A DNA stretch of 64,000 nucleotides from Carcharhinus amblyrhynchos (GCA_965287045.1 OZ336888.1:20522001-20586000), one strand, 5' to 3'; counted from the stretch's first letter, positions 25,340-39,300 are shown. Numbers and translations are program-made. The notes: a model not told the origin generated them from the sequence alone.

Positions 25340-27920
25340 TAATGAGCAAACGACATTTGTGGGAAAGGATCTTGGCTCAAAAAATTGTGAAGTAGAATGG
25401 AGATTAGGAATAGCAAGAGTCAAAACACTGGTGGGGGTGGTAGTAGTTTATAAGCCACCCAGCAACGCTGACGGACAGAGCATTAAGCAAATTATTGGCG
25501 CATGGAACAAAGACATTGGAAATGATGTGGGTACTTTAATATTAATTTCGCTGGACCAATCAAATTGGTAAAGGTTGTCTGTGATGGGAGTTTGTAGAAT
25601 GCCTTTCTCAGAATTTCCTGGAGCAACATATTATGCAATGAATGAGGGATGAAACTATTTTACATTGACTATTGCACAACGAGGAAGTGTTCATTCGTAC
25701 TGTCATAAAAGATTTAATGGTGAATAGTCATCAGAACACAACTGAATTCTACGTTTTAAGTTTGAAAATGACATGCTGCAATCACAAACCAGAATTTTAA
25801 ACTTAAAGCCAATTGCGTAAGTGTGAGGGGTTGGGGGGTAATGGCTCAGGTTTGATTGGGTAAATAGACTAAAGGTTATATCAGTAAATAAAAAGAGGGA
25901 AACATGTAAAGAAACAGTTTAAAATGTTTGAGACAAATACATTATATTGATAAAGAAACTCAATGAGAAAGATAATGGCTTAGTAAGGAGAATAAGGACA
26001 GTATTAGGTTTTAAAAGATTAGGATTATATCTGTAATATTGACAAGAATAATGTTAAATCTGAGGATTGGGAGTGTTTTAGAAATGAGTAAAAGGCCACC
26101 CAAAGGTTAGTGAAAAAGGGAAAATGGAATAAAAGTCAAGTAACCAGGAATATGAAGACTATTTATCGGAGCTTTTACAAGTACATAAAAAGAGTTGCTG
26201 AAGCCAATACTGGCCCCTTAGAAACAGGGTTGGGAGAAATTGTCATGTGGCATGAGGAAATAGTGGAGATGTTAAACAGAAATTTTGTGTGTATCTCGTG
26301 GAAGACACAAGTTGCAAATCAGAAAGTGAAGCTAATTAAAGCATTTGGGGGGGTATAAGAATGAGGAAAGTAAAGTTACCAATAAGAGCAAAGAAAAAGT
26401 ACATGAGGAACTCTAGGGACCAGAATTTGACAAATCCCCAGAACCCAATGGCCTACATGCCAGTTTTCTAAAATGGATCACTGCACTGATAGTGGATTTG
26501 CTGGCTATGATTTTCCAAAATTCCCTATTTCTGGAATGGTCCCAGCAGATAGGAAGTCAGCATGTGTAATTCTGCTATTCAAGAGAGAAAACTGGGAACT
26601 GCATACCAGTTTGCCTCACATCAGTAATTGTGAAAGTCCTGGAATGTATTATTAAGGAACTCTGAACAATGAATTTGGAAAAACATAGTATGGTCAGAAA
26701 AAGTTCATATGGCTTTACAGAAGGGGAATCCTGTTTGATCGAATTGTTGGAGCTTTTTGAGGATGTAATGAGTTGTGCAGAAAGGAGAACCAATGAATTG
26801 TTGCATGTTTGCGTTTCCAAAAGATAATTGATAACGTGCAGAACATAATGTTAATACGTAAGTATTCATGGAGTGGGGGTGATGCACTAGCATTGACAGA
26901 GGAATGGTTAATGGAAAGCAAGCAGAGGGGAGGGATAATTTGGGCAGTTTCGAGTTGGCAGGTGTGCCACAAGGATCAGTATGAAGACTGCAGCTATTTA
27001 CAGTCTGTATCGCTAACTTAGCCGAAGAGATAGCGAGAATAATGCGTCTAAAGTTTGTTGACGATGTAAAGCTAAGTGGGAATGCAAGCTGTGAGGGGAA
27101 TCCTAAAAGACTAGAAAGAGTTATGGATCAGTGAGTGGGCAACAAGGTAGCAGAGGTCTATAAGTAAATATAAGATCATCCACTTGGGTTATCCACTTGA
27201 GTCACAAGACTAGAAAAAGGAAATTTTTTTCAAAGGCATGCAACTTGGAAATATTGATGTTCTGAGAAACTTGGGTGCACAAGGAACACTAAGCATTCAG
27301 GTACTGTAAGCAGTTAGGAAAGCTAATAGCATGTTGACCAATGTTGCCAGGGAATTGCAGTACTAGAATAAAGAACTGTTGCAACAATTGTACAGGGCTT
27401 TAAGACTACACTTGAACACAATGTACAATTTTGGTCTCTATTTAAGTAAGGGTACACCTGCATTAGAGGCTTTACAGCAAATGTTCATGAGAAAGGTCCC
27501 TGAGGTGAAAGGTTGCTCTGAAATGAGTGGCTGAATAAATTGTCTGGAGCGTCGAAGAAGAAGTGATTGAAGTTTATGAAAGGCCTTGACAGGTAGACAC
27601 TAAAAGGTTGTTTCCCTTAGGAGGAGAATCTAGAACAAGGGTGGGGGGCCTGTTTCAGGATAAGGAGCCAATCATTTAGGACTGAGATGAGGAGAAATTC
27701 CTTCACTTAAAGGGTTGTGAACCTTTGGAATTCTCTGCACCAGAACATTGTGGCTGCTCGATTGAGTTGTTTAAGGCTGAGATGGAGGTCTTTTGGCCTT
27801 GAGAATCAAGGGGTACAGGGAGTGGGTGGGAAAGTGGAACCAGCCTCGATCATGTCAAATGGTGGAGTAGGCTAATAGGCCAACCAGTCTTCTCCTGCCA
27901 CTTGTTTTTACGTTCTTCTG
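25340..27920 (+). mobile_element. Heavily decayed CR1 LINE ORF2, endonuclease to 3' end
   Basis: TLVGVVVVYKPP (EN domain), gacaaatccccagaacccaatggc, tttgttgacgatgtaaag (FVDDVK), aggagaaattccttcac, CR1 tail. Confidence 0.8.
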
Positions 27921-28049
27921 TTGAAAAATTACTTGTGGGTACAGAGCATCAATTTTGTGGGCTATTGATGAGAATGAACAGTCAGTTTGGGTTATTGGGT
28001 TCTCATGCATTCCAAGGTCACGCTTCACCTGAGGCCTCTGAGCATCTTC

Positions 28050-29560
28050 CCCTCAGATGATTCGTAGCAGCCTAACAGACCCATTTGCTCAGTAAAGTGA
28101 GCACGAAGCGTAGTGATTAAAGAATTGTCAACATGAGCTGTTTAAAGTTACAGGCAGCCAAGTTGTTGTTTTGTTGTGTTAAATTACAAGCTACAGACAG
28201 AGTAGTTTGTGCTATTTGTGATGTAGTCATCTATTGTGCTCTCATGATGCACTTGGCACTTTGATTGTAACTGGAATGGACAAGGTATCTCCAAGGTCTT
28301 CAGGCTGTCCATACACATGGAATCCAGTGGTTCTCCCCATGTATGGCTTGTGTTGGAATTGGATTTGCTAACATCTACAATAGTAGATCTGATTCTGGAT
28401 ACTGACTTCATATATTTGGATGGCCAGAACAGAGTTTTTGTAGCTATTCATGTGTTTTCTTGAATCCAAGAATGTTAAGGAAAACTAACTTGGTGTGAAC
28501 ATACTCTAGCTGTGTCAAACCTTTTTGAAATCTTCAGGTTGTGATCAAACCTGAAAACCTGTTTGTGTTTGACTTGATTCAGCTGTTTAGGCTGCTATAT
28601 TTTGATGCAGTTTTGATGTCTAATATTTGTTAGGTGAAGCTTCAAATCCACCCAACATCTTGTCATATCTAGAGATTTTAGATGATACTCGAATGTTTTG
28701 TTGGTGTTTATTTAAGATTGTGAACCTTGAACTTTTACTATCCTTTGCGTGCACTCCAATGCAGACATCAGCAGAGGTTAATCCTTTTTTCCCAATTGTT
28801 TTGCACATGACGCAGCTCATATGAAGGACTCTTTGAAGTATGGTGCTGAAACCCTTTCTCCAAATATGTAGTGAAGACTGTTCTTCTGAAGTGAGTTATA
28901 ATGCACTGGAGATTTACTTGACTACCTTCGATCAGTTACTAGAAACTCTGAATTATCCTGTCAAGAGCTGCCCATAAGCTTACAACTATCGCATGCGGAT
29001 TCATGCTGCCTTCTAGACAGGAACTTGGCACTAGAGTTGAATTAAATAATTTCTTGCCATTATCTCCAGTATATTAGCCTTGCATTATGGGTAGATTGAT
29101 TGATTGTCTAACATTTGAAAAATAGGTATTTGATCAGATGTTTTTTCAACATTCGTAAGTTTGAAAGATATGGCTCACTTCACGCTTGCCATTTTGTTTT
29201 GCGTCAAATTTAGCATATTTGCTTTGAGTTGTTCTGTGGGTTTGTTTTTCCTTTTTGAGAGGATCAATGTATCTTTTTGCCCTCTTTTCCCAATATCATT
29301 TTTGAGCAAGAAATAAAAGATAACCTGCATAACTGCCATCAATGATACTTTGAAGTCTGCAAAAGCAAGCTGGAGATGATCGTATTTCCTCCTGCATTCC
29401 CAATGGAAAATGCCTGTCCAGCATGGTGGAAACTTCAACATTTGTTCCATTTGTCTACAACATCTCGGGTTTTTTTGAAGTTCACTTCTCGTTGTAATGG
29501 CAGTAATTGGTTTCAATTGTCATCTTGTTCTTTGCTTCCCTTGATTTGAAATCTCATTTC
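28050..29560 (-). pseudogene. Possible fossil integrase plus Ulp1-like protease (Ginger-like) transposon
   Basis: Broken minus-strand peptides TGDNGKKLFN, QAIHGENHWI, (M)DSL and QQNNNLAACNF resemble those domains; weak, by-eye similarity only. Confidence 0.25.
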
Positions 29561-32109
29561 CAATTAAGACAAAATTACACTTGGGGTCTGCAGTAGATTT
29601 TGAAGACAAATGACTGTGCTATAATTATTAACCCAGTGAGGGGGTAGGTCTTCTGTGGCTTAATTTCCAAAGAATGTTTCAGAAATTGGTCCTATCAGGA
29701 AATTATATTTTTGGATTGATTCTTCATGCAATGGAGAAGCATATAACATTAATTGTAAAGATTTTGCACATGTAGCAATTTGTTGGTATCTACTTGGCAC
29801 GTTTACTTTTTGGCAGTGTGCAAGAACAAACTTTGTTTTTGAGAAGGGAAATGTTTTGCAAATGATTGCACTTAGCACTGTTCCTACACTCATAAATATG
29901 CTTTTCGATGCAGGCAAAGTTACAGATTTTCCTACCGAGGTGTTGAAATTGAAGCTGAAAGATCTAGGTGTGTTAATTCAATAAGCACAGCATGTCTCAT
30001 AATGTTGGAGCAGTAATCAGTCTAATAAAAGGAAGGCTACATAATATTGCTAAGGCAGAGGTGTTAGGATCCCCGTGAAGATGGAGAACAATAACTTAAA
30101 TGAATCAAACAGCTCATCTGGAAAAAAACATGATGAATATGATTTCACCTTGAAAACCTTTACTGTACCAATCAAACCAAAGTGAACATAAACATGAAGT
30201 AACAGGCAAATGGTGTATAAATTATGCTTGAAATAGTTGATACAACTTAGATGGAGCTCTCAGATTTCTTGAGTAATCCCTTTGGCGTAAATGGCATTAA
30301 TTTTAGCTTCATGTAAAACTTGGTCTTTCCCAGGTAGAGATTCAGTTCTTTAATTCATGCAAAAGTTAAGCACCAAGTCTCATCCAATAGTAGCTTTCTT
30401 AGACCTGAGTTATATGGGTACAACGTCCAGCAAAAAGCGCACACCTTTCCCAATCCCCCTCATGTTGCTCACGGAATCAGTCTTTCTTGTCATCTTTTCC
30501 AGTTGCACCAAGACTCCCCTTCCTTGGCTGTCTCTCGCACATTCTTCCTCTGACATGTTCTGACCACTGCTGGAAGTGAGTTCCCAAGCCCTGCGTTATT
30601 CTGACCACTGTTCAGCTGGGTGCTTTTTACCCCCAGCCAACTTCCATTTCCCGAGCAACTGAAGGCCAGATGCTGATTTCTCAGAAGTCAGATGTCACAG
30701 TCAGAAATTCAGAGCTACACCATTCTCCATACCCCCACCCCTACGCTTTTTTTTCCAGGAACTTGGAGTTTTTATTTCTTTTTCTGTTAGGGACTGTCTC
30801 AAAAAGTACAAACTTTGAACCACAGTCATTGCAGACAACTCTTGCAAACTAGATTTTATCATGGAGGGTGTTGGTGAAATGTCAGACTACATCTTGTATC
30901 TTTGATGTCCCAGATATCAGCCATTATGGTGGTACAGAGAATGGTGCGAATAGCCCTTAGTCTGACCTTTATTTGTGAGGTATGAAAATTGCTGGCTCGA
31001 TAAGCAGTTACTGCTTATCCTAATAAGCCCTTGAGAAGATGATGGTGAGCCCCTTCTTGAACAGTCCATGTTGTGTCGGTATAGTCACAATGTTTTTGGA
31101 GAGAGAGTTCCAGAGTTTTGCTCCAGCCACAGTGAAGGAACAGTTTATAGTTCCAAGTCAGAATGCTGTCTGCTTTGGAGGGAACTTTCTGATGGTAGTG
31201 TATCATCGTGTATCTATGCCTTTGTTTTTCTCGTGGTGTTTGCAGTATGTTCCAACTACAAGATGCACTGAGGCAACACAAACCAAGGCTTCTCCAAACC
31301 CACTCCACATACTACTAGAAAAACCAAGACATAGATCCATGGGGACTCTCCCACCAGAAAACTCCCCCCCAAAGCAATTTTTGCTTATTCAATTGAGCAC
31401 TGACTTGAGGGAAGAAAACTTCCCTTTCCCTTTCAAAAAGAACAGTTTTTTAAAGTAATAAATTACTGGAAATAAATACCACAAAAGGCCATTGAAGTTA
31501 GTGTGAGGTGATAAGTGAATGCCGGGGCAGCATTGCCATTAACTTTAAGGCTGATAATGATGAGCATTAATTTAGTTGATTCAAAAAGCACTTGGGGCAT
31601 TTTCACAAAGCTGCTCCAGTTAATTGTGCTGCTGCCGGAAAACTCAATTTTTTATTGCAATTTGAAATTATTTCCTCTCTTATCCTCTGTGGGTTATTGC
31701 AAATAAAAAAAACTCTAACAAATGGAATTTGGATAAATGAGCACATCAAGGCAGTGAATTCACAGAAATGTAAATATTTTCTGTCTTGCATGGCCTACTC
31801 TTTAGAAATGAGAATGCTGGGCTCAGAGAATATGACTTTAGTTTGAATGAGATTCAGGTTTAGTCCAACGCACTGTGAAAGCCATAAACAGTGTCATTTC
31901 AAAAAAATGGTTATTTGTCGGGTGCTCATTCCCAGAAATCAAGGGACTGTCTCTTAGGTTTGGAGCTCTCAATTGTGGTGGATCCAGCATCCCTTCCCAT
32001 GATAGAAAAAATTTGCACACAGGCACTTGTGCACAATTAAGGTCTCTTGTCCTGCCACGTTCGGCTGTCAGTGGTGGACAATAAAATAATTAACAGCAGG
32101 AGTCCACAA

Positions 32110-32510
32110 ATGTTCTTAAAAAATTGTAGAGCTCAGCACATCAGTGCAAAAGTCAAGGCTGAAGCATTTGCAGTCATCTTCAACCAGACGTGCTGGGCAG
32201 GTGATCTATCTTGACCTCTTACGGTGCCCAGCATCATAGATGCCAATTTGATTCACTCTACATGAAAATAAGAAGGCACTGGATGCTACGAAGGCTTGAG
32301 GCCAAGGCAACAGTACTGAAGACTTGTGCACCAAATTTAGCTGTCCAAGCTGTTCTAGTGCATCTACAATATTGGCATCTATCTGGCAGTGTGAAAATTG
32401 CCCAAATATATTGTCCACAAAAAAGGACAAATCCAATTAGGCTAATTACTGCCCCATGAATCTATACTCAATCACCAGCAATGGTGGAAAGGGTTGTTGA
32501 ATTCTATTTC
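32110..32510 (+). mobile_element. Decayed LINE RT-proximal fragment
   Basis: gcaaaagtcaaggctgaagcatttgcagtcatcttcaacc...gctaattactgccccatg (ANYCP); homologous to ~56880-57010. Confidence 0.65.
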
Positions 32511-33249
32511 ATTCATGACTTTAGAGTACTGTCTGACCATTACACAGCCCTGTCAATGCAGACCTAAATGCAATTAGTTGAGTTGATTTCTGCTGCAGTC
32601 ATGAAATCATCAAATATTGCCTTTTCTATTGCTTTTGAACCCTTAGTAAAGTCTTTTATTTTCAGATTCCAAGTTCCAACATGGATGTGAATCTCATGAA
32701 CAATGAATGTTTTAGATTCTTTGAGTGTGACCTAATCTAAAAGATTCAACAATAAATGGGACATTCCAGAAATGTTTGTAGATTGCTGACATTGTGCAAC
32801 AGCCATTGCCACATAGTTGATAAATGCACTAGAAAACTGCCTTCTGATAAATCAATCCAGTGTCTTGACATTGGCATTTTCTCCGATTCCTTGGTTATAA
32901 CAGTCTTTTGTTGAGCAAGGTGCAACAAGTGCACAGCTCACGAGGCTCCTTTTGTGTGCAGTCAGTTGCATTGTTATAAAATTTCTGTCCACACCTTCCA
33001 TTTCAGAAATCAAAGTTCCCTCTTACTCTGATACCAAACCCCAACCATTTGGTGAAAGCCAACGGTTTAAATTAACCACAACAGTAACAGTGGATGGAAC
33101 ATGAAAGACATGGAGAACTAAACAGTGACTTTATCCACTTGACCTCATTGCCGTGAATTCATTAATGTTGAAGACAGCCTCACTCTTCTCCTGAACCACT
33201 CACCAATGCCTCCCACTCCGCTGACACTGATTTATCAAGAAGATCTTGC

Positions 33250-33786
33250 ACCTGCGCAAGGATATTTTGGCCCTGGAGGGAGTGCAGAGGAGGTTTACTA
33301 GGCTGATACCGGAGTTGAGGGGATTGAGCTATGAGGAGAGGCTGAATAAACTAGGCTTGTACTCGTTAGAGTTTAGAAGAATGAGGGGAGATCTCATTGA
33401 GACGTATAAGATGATGAATGGGATGGATAGGATAGAGGTGGAGAGACTCTTCCCACTCAAAAAAGACAGTAGGACTAGGGGGCACAGCCTCAAGATAAAG
33501 GGGAGGCGGTTTAGAACGGAGTTGAGGAGGAACTTCTTCGCTCAAAGGGTGGTGAATCTCTGGAATTCTCTGCCCGTTGAAGTGGTGGAGGCTGCCTCGC
33601 TAAATATTTTTAAGAAGCGGGTTGATGGGTTCTTGATAAGAGAGGGGATTAAGGGTTATGGGGAGAGGGCGGGAAAGTGGAACTGATCCACTTCAGATCA
33701 GCCATGATCTTATTGAATGGCGGGGCAGGCTCGAAGGGCTAGATGGCCTACTCCTGCTCCTATTTCTTATGTTCTTATGTTCTTAT
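33250..33786 (+). mobile_element. Young 5'-truncated CR1 LINE with open ORF2 C-terminus
   Basis: 146-aa uninterrupted ORF (LEGVQRRFTRLIP...RNFFAQRVVNLWNSLP), CpGs retained, (ttcttatg)n tail. Confidence 0.95.
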
Positions 33787-33825
33787 CTTTCCAGTCCACA
33801 TCTTAGTTTAATTTGATCTTTTCCC

Positions 33826-34116
33826 TTTGAGTGGCAAGTGGTTAGTACTGCTGCCTCACAGTGCCAGGGACCTGGGTTTAATTTCCTCCTTGGGTCACTG
33901 CCTGTGCAGAATCTGCACATTCTCCCCGTGCCTGCGTTGGTTTCCTCAGGGTATTCCAGTTTCCTCCCACAGCCTGAAAGACGTGTTGGTTATGTGCATT
34001 GGCCAAAGTAAATTTTCTCTGTGTACCTGAATAAGCACCAGAGTGTGGCGACTAACCTTATAATAACTTGATTGCAATGTTAATGTCAGCCTACTTGTGA
34101 ATTAATAAATAAACTT
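33826..34116 (+). mobile_element. tRNA-derived SINE (HE1-like)
   Basis: A-box-like gtggttagtactgctgcctcacag, B-box-like ggtttaatttc, aataaataaact tail; related copy on the minus strand at 57625-57878. Confidence 0.8.
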
Positions 34117-36009
34117 AAGCTTGAGGACTTTAACTCCTGATTTACGTTTGTCCTGCTAAATCTCACTGTATTATGACCACACAAGACTCTCTCACTGACA
34201 ACCCCATCCACATGCCCAGCTTTAGTCTTTAAAGCAATTCGGAACTTGCCTATCACATGTTGGGTTTGCTACATTCTTGCTAAACATTTTCTCCTAAATA
34301 CAAAGAGTCCTGTGGTCTTGTACCTTTTTAGACTGATTCTTTCCCAGTTGATTGAAATTCCTTGCTATTACTACTCCATTGATTTTGTACTTATCAGAAA
34401 TTTGCCTGAGCATTTGCCCTTCTATTTCCATTTGTCTGTTTGGGTGCCCCTTATATTTCCCCAGCAGTGTGATTGCCTATATTTTTGCTATTCATTTCAA
34501 CTCTCATTTGATCCCTGCTCACAGCTGCAAGTGTTTCTTTAACAATATTATATCCCTACTCTTTTTTATCCCAATCTCGATCTCATCTGAAAGCCTAGTT
34601 ACCCAATGGGCTTCCTTTTCTGCTCTTAAAGCCATGTTTCAGTAATATGTATAATATTATTCTTCTAAACATCCATCTGTGACCTCAGCAAACCTACCTT
34701 CTTCACTAGGCTCATTGCATTGAAATATGTAGCATATTGCAGCTGCCTAATTTCTTTGTCTATTTCCTAACCTTTGCTTCCGCTATTTTTTACACTCGCT
34801 TGTTAATTTTCTGCTTTCCGTGTTCAACTTCGCTTCTTTCCCTTCTGAACCTGCATCCCATGTTTGCGTCTTCAGCTAGTTCAAACCTTTCCCAACAGTA
34901 CGAGCAAACCTCATGTGCCAAGTGCATATTACATTTGCAAAAGCATTGTTGATATCAAATGTCTGTCAAGCATATCTAATCTGTTCAATTAATAACACTC
35001 TACACTTAATTGCTTATTACTTCAAATGATCTAATTTAAAATTTGTTAAACCAAATTTCCATCTCCTTGTGTTGGTTTAATTCATTTTTGTTTGAAAATT
35101 TTAGGAATTACGTAAAATTGCCTGTAGACTGCTTATATTTAGCAGATCATAGATTTGCTAAAATACATATGAATAGTACATTCTGAGAGTCGTGAAGAAA
35201 CAAATTAAGAAAATGAAGCAACACGTGAGTGTTGAAATTTGAATAATTTCTTGAAGACTTGATTTTTCTGAGACCTTCAACCAGATATAAATCTAAAAAT
35301 GCAATTTGTAACTTGAAAGTTAATCATATGCCTCTGGCTTGGATGGCTTGAGAAACTTATAATTCCAATCTCATTTTGCTGGGGTTGGTAAACTCTGCCC
35401 TGATTGTGTGACCAACAGTTGCTTGGTCTATTACAGGATGAGACGAAAACTTAACATCTTATCAATCTGTGGTGTTGCAAAGGATGCAGCCACTCGCTTA
35501 TTTGGGATATTTGTGTTTGTTTCTTTCTGGCTCTCCTCTCCTTTTCTGGTTTTGCTCCATATGACTTCAGAGTCAGAAGAATGGAGAGTTTGAATAGGAG
35601 TGGTGAGTGAGCTGTTGATTGATGCACTGCAGAAGGATTGAGATGGATTATACTGAGTGCCCAGGTCGCTGTATGTCAGCACGGAAAGTAGAATTCTGAG
35701 TGAACAATGGTGGATGAGGGCTACCAGGAATGTTAGATGAAGAGGTGGCAAGAGCATATTTGAGGATTTCAATAATGAATGGGTGAGATAGGAATGGCAG
35801 CTGATGTTGTGATGGAAGTGCAAGTTGGCCTTTATGATGGAAAGAAAATGGAAATGCAAACTTAGATCAGGATTAAAAAAGATGTGAAGGGTGGGAGAAG
35901 TCTTGTTCAGCCTAGGACAACCCAGAAAAGAGGCTGAATTTCTCCACATCCCTTCCCTTTTTTCCCTCCTCTCAAGTTGTTTTTGATATTGATTAACTTA
36001 GAATCAAAA

Positions 36010-36133
36010 TGTGGGAGGAAACCCATGCAGACATGGGGAGGACCTGCAAACTCCACACAGTCAGTCACCTAAGGGTGGAATCGACCCTGGGTCCTTGGCG
36101 CTGAGAGGCAACAGTGCTAACCACTGTGCCACC
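36010..36133 (-). mobile_element. SINE 5' half, ~120 bp upstream of an exon acceptor
   Basis: Reverse complement tggcacagtggttagcactgttgcctctcagcgccaaggacccagggtcgattcc. Confidence 0.8.
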
Positions 36134-36251
36134 AGATTTGCATAGAATCAGGAACTTTTCAACCAGCGATATATATCATGTTTTGGACTGTTACTTAATT
36201 CATTGCACTCTTGATTATGTTTTTAAGACAATGATCTTTGTTTTAATGCAG

Positions 36252-36322
36252 AAGAGTTGAGGAAGTTCAGCTGGTCTGGAATCCCAAGACAGGTTCGACC
36301 AATTACGTGGAAACTTCTTTCA
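36252..36322 (+). CDS. TBC1D22A: Internal coding exon (71 nt) of a TBC1D22-family Rab GTPase-activating protein, start of TBC domain
   Basis: ttttaatgcag|AA GAG TTG...CTT TCA|gtaagt. Translates (E)ELRKFSWSGIPRQVRPITWKLLS, matching TBC1D22A/B as recalled; SWSGIP and WKLLS are A-like. Paralogue assignment is less certain than family. Confidence 0.93.
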
Positions 36323-37335
36323 GTAAGTGTATTTTCTTAATATCTAAGAGGTTGATCTAAAAGTAAGCACATTCAAGGAAAATGAATTGTCTATGATTTT
36401 TGATTCTGAATCAAATTCTTTCTGCACACCATCCTTATAGTTTGTTTAAGATTCAAAGCTAATTTTTTTTGTGCAATACTGGCGATGCCTGTTAATGTCA
36501 GCTTGTGTTTAATTTCAGCTCAAAACTGGTGAGTTGAAATTCTCTTTTTGTTTTAAGTTAAATATAGGACAGTTGAAATTATCCAGACTGGCCACACTCA
36601 TTATCAAACATAGCGATCCGGGGCGGGGGGGAGGGAGGGAGCAGAAAGAGGAGTTGGGGAGGGGATGCATTAATATTGGACTTTCAAACTAAGCCGACCT
36701 TCTGTGGAAAGTGTTCTGTTTGAGCCAGACTTGACTCCAGAATATTTATATTGCCCAGACACAGTGCTAACAGGACTTGGGGACCAGTTTTTCTGAACCT
36801 TGCAAACCAACCTTGATTAAGGTAAATGAGCAATATGAAGTTAATCAGTGTACACTGTTAGGCTCTGTGGTTTTAGATGATTCAGCTCCGGCAGCACCTT
36901 TGTACGTGCGAGAGGATTTGCATTTGGCATGTTGTAGCCTCACTTCACGCTCTATATATGAAACAAAAATACTGAGCAGAATCCTCTGGTCCCATCTGTG
37001 GCAGAAAATTTTGGCCACAATTTTTGATGTTTTTTTTCGGCGGCTTGGTATCAAGTCTATTAAAAATGTTTTTTTTTACCTTAGCCAGGTAACAAACATG
37101 CGAATCAGATATGACACTATGGCACACAAATGCCCTCAGCTTGTCACTTAATTGGCAGCTTTGTCCTGTGAGTGCAACAGGGATCGTTAAGGAATTAAAA
37201 AATGTCATACGAGGAGATATTTTTAAGGTTAACGTGTTATTCCTTCCTGCAAGAGCTTAATTGGGTGCCTGAAATGCAACATACTCCATTTCTCAACAGT
37301 GACAGTCCAGAGTGATTATATTCTAGATTTCTTAG

Positions 37336-37770
37336 GACTGATTTGATTTATTATTGTCATATGTATTGAGATGAAGTGAACAGTATTGTTTCTTCCACGC
37401 TATACAGATAAAACATACAGATAGGGTGAAGAAAAAGATCAATTTACTATATGGTAGGTCCATTCAAAAGTCTGATGGCAGCAGGGAAGAAGTTGTTCTT
37501 GAGTTGGCTGGTATTTGTTCTGTCTTTTGTATCTTTTTGCTGATGGAAGAAGGTAGAAGGGTGTGTGGGGTCCTTGCTTATGTTGGTTGATTTTCTGGGG
37601 TGGTGTGAATTGTAGATGGAGCCATTGGATGTGAGGTTGGTTTGTGTGATGGACTGGGCTATGTTCACAACCCTTTGTAATTTCTTGCGATCTTGGGCAG
37701 AGCAGGAGCCACACCAAGCTGTGATAGATCCAGAAAGGATGCTTTCTGTGGTGTATCTGTAAAAATATGT
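37336..37770 (-). mobile_element. Rex1/Babar-like non-LTR retrotransposon 3' end
   Basis: ORF FYRYTTESILSGSITAWCGSCSAQDRKKLQRVVNIAQSIT...LKNNFFPAAIRLLN. Confidence 0.85.
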
Positions 37771-38229
37771 AAATAGGTCAGGAAGAGAATTATCCATTTA
37801 AAATCAAAGTTGATCTACACTTCACCCAGGTTTTAAACTTTACAGTGCAGGTGCCATTATTTTGTTGTTGGATTATTGATGAAGAACAAAGTTTTGAAAT
37901 TTGGCTTTTAGAAAACTCAACATTGGGTAACTGCTTTCTTTTAAGATCTTAAACTTTTTGCATTGATTCTATCAGGTTTTTGACATTTGGACACCTGCAA
38001 TTTTTGTGGAATTTGCCACATATGTTGAACAATCTTAATTTGATTTATTCAAGGTACTATCTGCATTTCCTTAAACAGCTGTCATATCCCTTTTCCATTG
38101 CAAACTGCTTTCCTGTTTCCAACCTCCTTTACTCACCAAACTTTATGAATATGCTATCACCACCAAAATCTATGCCCATCGTCCCTGAACTTCATCTTTG
38201 AATGCCTCTAATCTGGTTTCCATCTTGCT

Positions 38230-39300
38230 GACAAAGGTAGACTATTCTCCTTTGTTCTTATCAACCTGTGATGAGATTGGGAACAGTATGCTCCTTAATT
38301 ATAGCACCATGGTTGAGGCTGCTGATTCCATTGTATCCAATCATGTTTAATCTGCAATGGCTTCTCTTTCCACTCGCACAACATTGCCTCTGACATGTCT
38401 CAAGAATTTATCCTTGATCCTTTCTTATCTCTCATCGATATGTTGCTCCACAATGGCAACATCAGAAAACACAACATTAGGTTTCACATGTACACTCATG
38501 ATGCCCAGCTCTACCTCAGTCTCCTCTCCTCAAGTGCTCCATTTGTGCTTGTCTGACATTCAGTATTGAATGAACAGAAATTTCTTCTCATGAAATGTAA
38601 TTGTCTTCTATATTCTGTATCTGAGGACTTCATCTCCCTTCCTTGCAACTATACAAGGCTGAGTCAGACTGTTTGCCACCTTACTTTTATGTTTGACCAT
38701 GATGTGAGCTTCTTGACAAAATATCCATGCCATCAACAAGACCATTCACCTCCACCTCCATGACCATATCCAACTTGTCCACTACCTAACCGCATTTACT
38801 TCCATGCCTTTGTTGCCCCTCAACTTGACTACTTGGAGGCACACTCAGCTGGCTTTTCATGTTCTATCTGCCCTAAGGTTGAGGTCATCAAAATCACTCC
38901 TTGCACTGAGTCTTGTTTGCCAATGAAACCTGTACTTGCTGACCTACATTGGTATCTGTTTAAACAAAACTCTCACCCTTGCTTTCAAATTCCTCAATGA
39001 CTTAAACCTCCCAGTCTCTAATTTCCTCCTTCCTCACAATCTCAGTGATATCTGTATTCCTCTAATTCTGGCCACTTGGACATTCCCAGTTCTAATTTGC
39101 TCCACCATTGATGGTTGTGCCTTCAGCTTTCATGGTCCTAAGGTCTGGAACTGCCTCCTTAAACCTCTGCAACGCTATACACCACTTGCTTTGAGATGCT
39201 CCTTGATACCTATCTCTTTGACCAAAGATTTGGTATCCTGCCTTAATATTGCTCTAGTTGGCTCTGTTTCAAATATTGTGTTCTAATTTCCCTGTGAAGT
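38230..39300 (+). mobile_element. Decayed L2-like LINE
   Basis: ttcacatgtacactcatgatgcccagctctac (degenerate FHMYADDTQLY), cttgactac, GCAFSFHGPKVWNCL. Confidence 0.7.

Noticed and set aside
30062-30960. Possible solo LTR starting tgttaggatcccc
   Set aside because: No second copy, clear end or TSD visible, so it cannot be supported.
33826-33900. A-box/B-box sequences as tRNA genes
   Set aside because: They are SINE heads followed by SINE body and tail; no complete cloverleaf.
1-36251. Preceding TBC1D22 exon (expected ...GPNTDL)
   Set aside because: Not found by eye; presumably upstream of the window, implying an intron over 36 kb. Small exons could have been missed.
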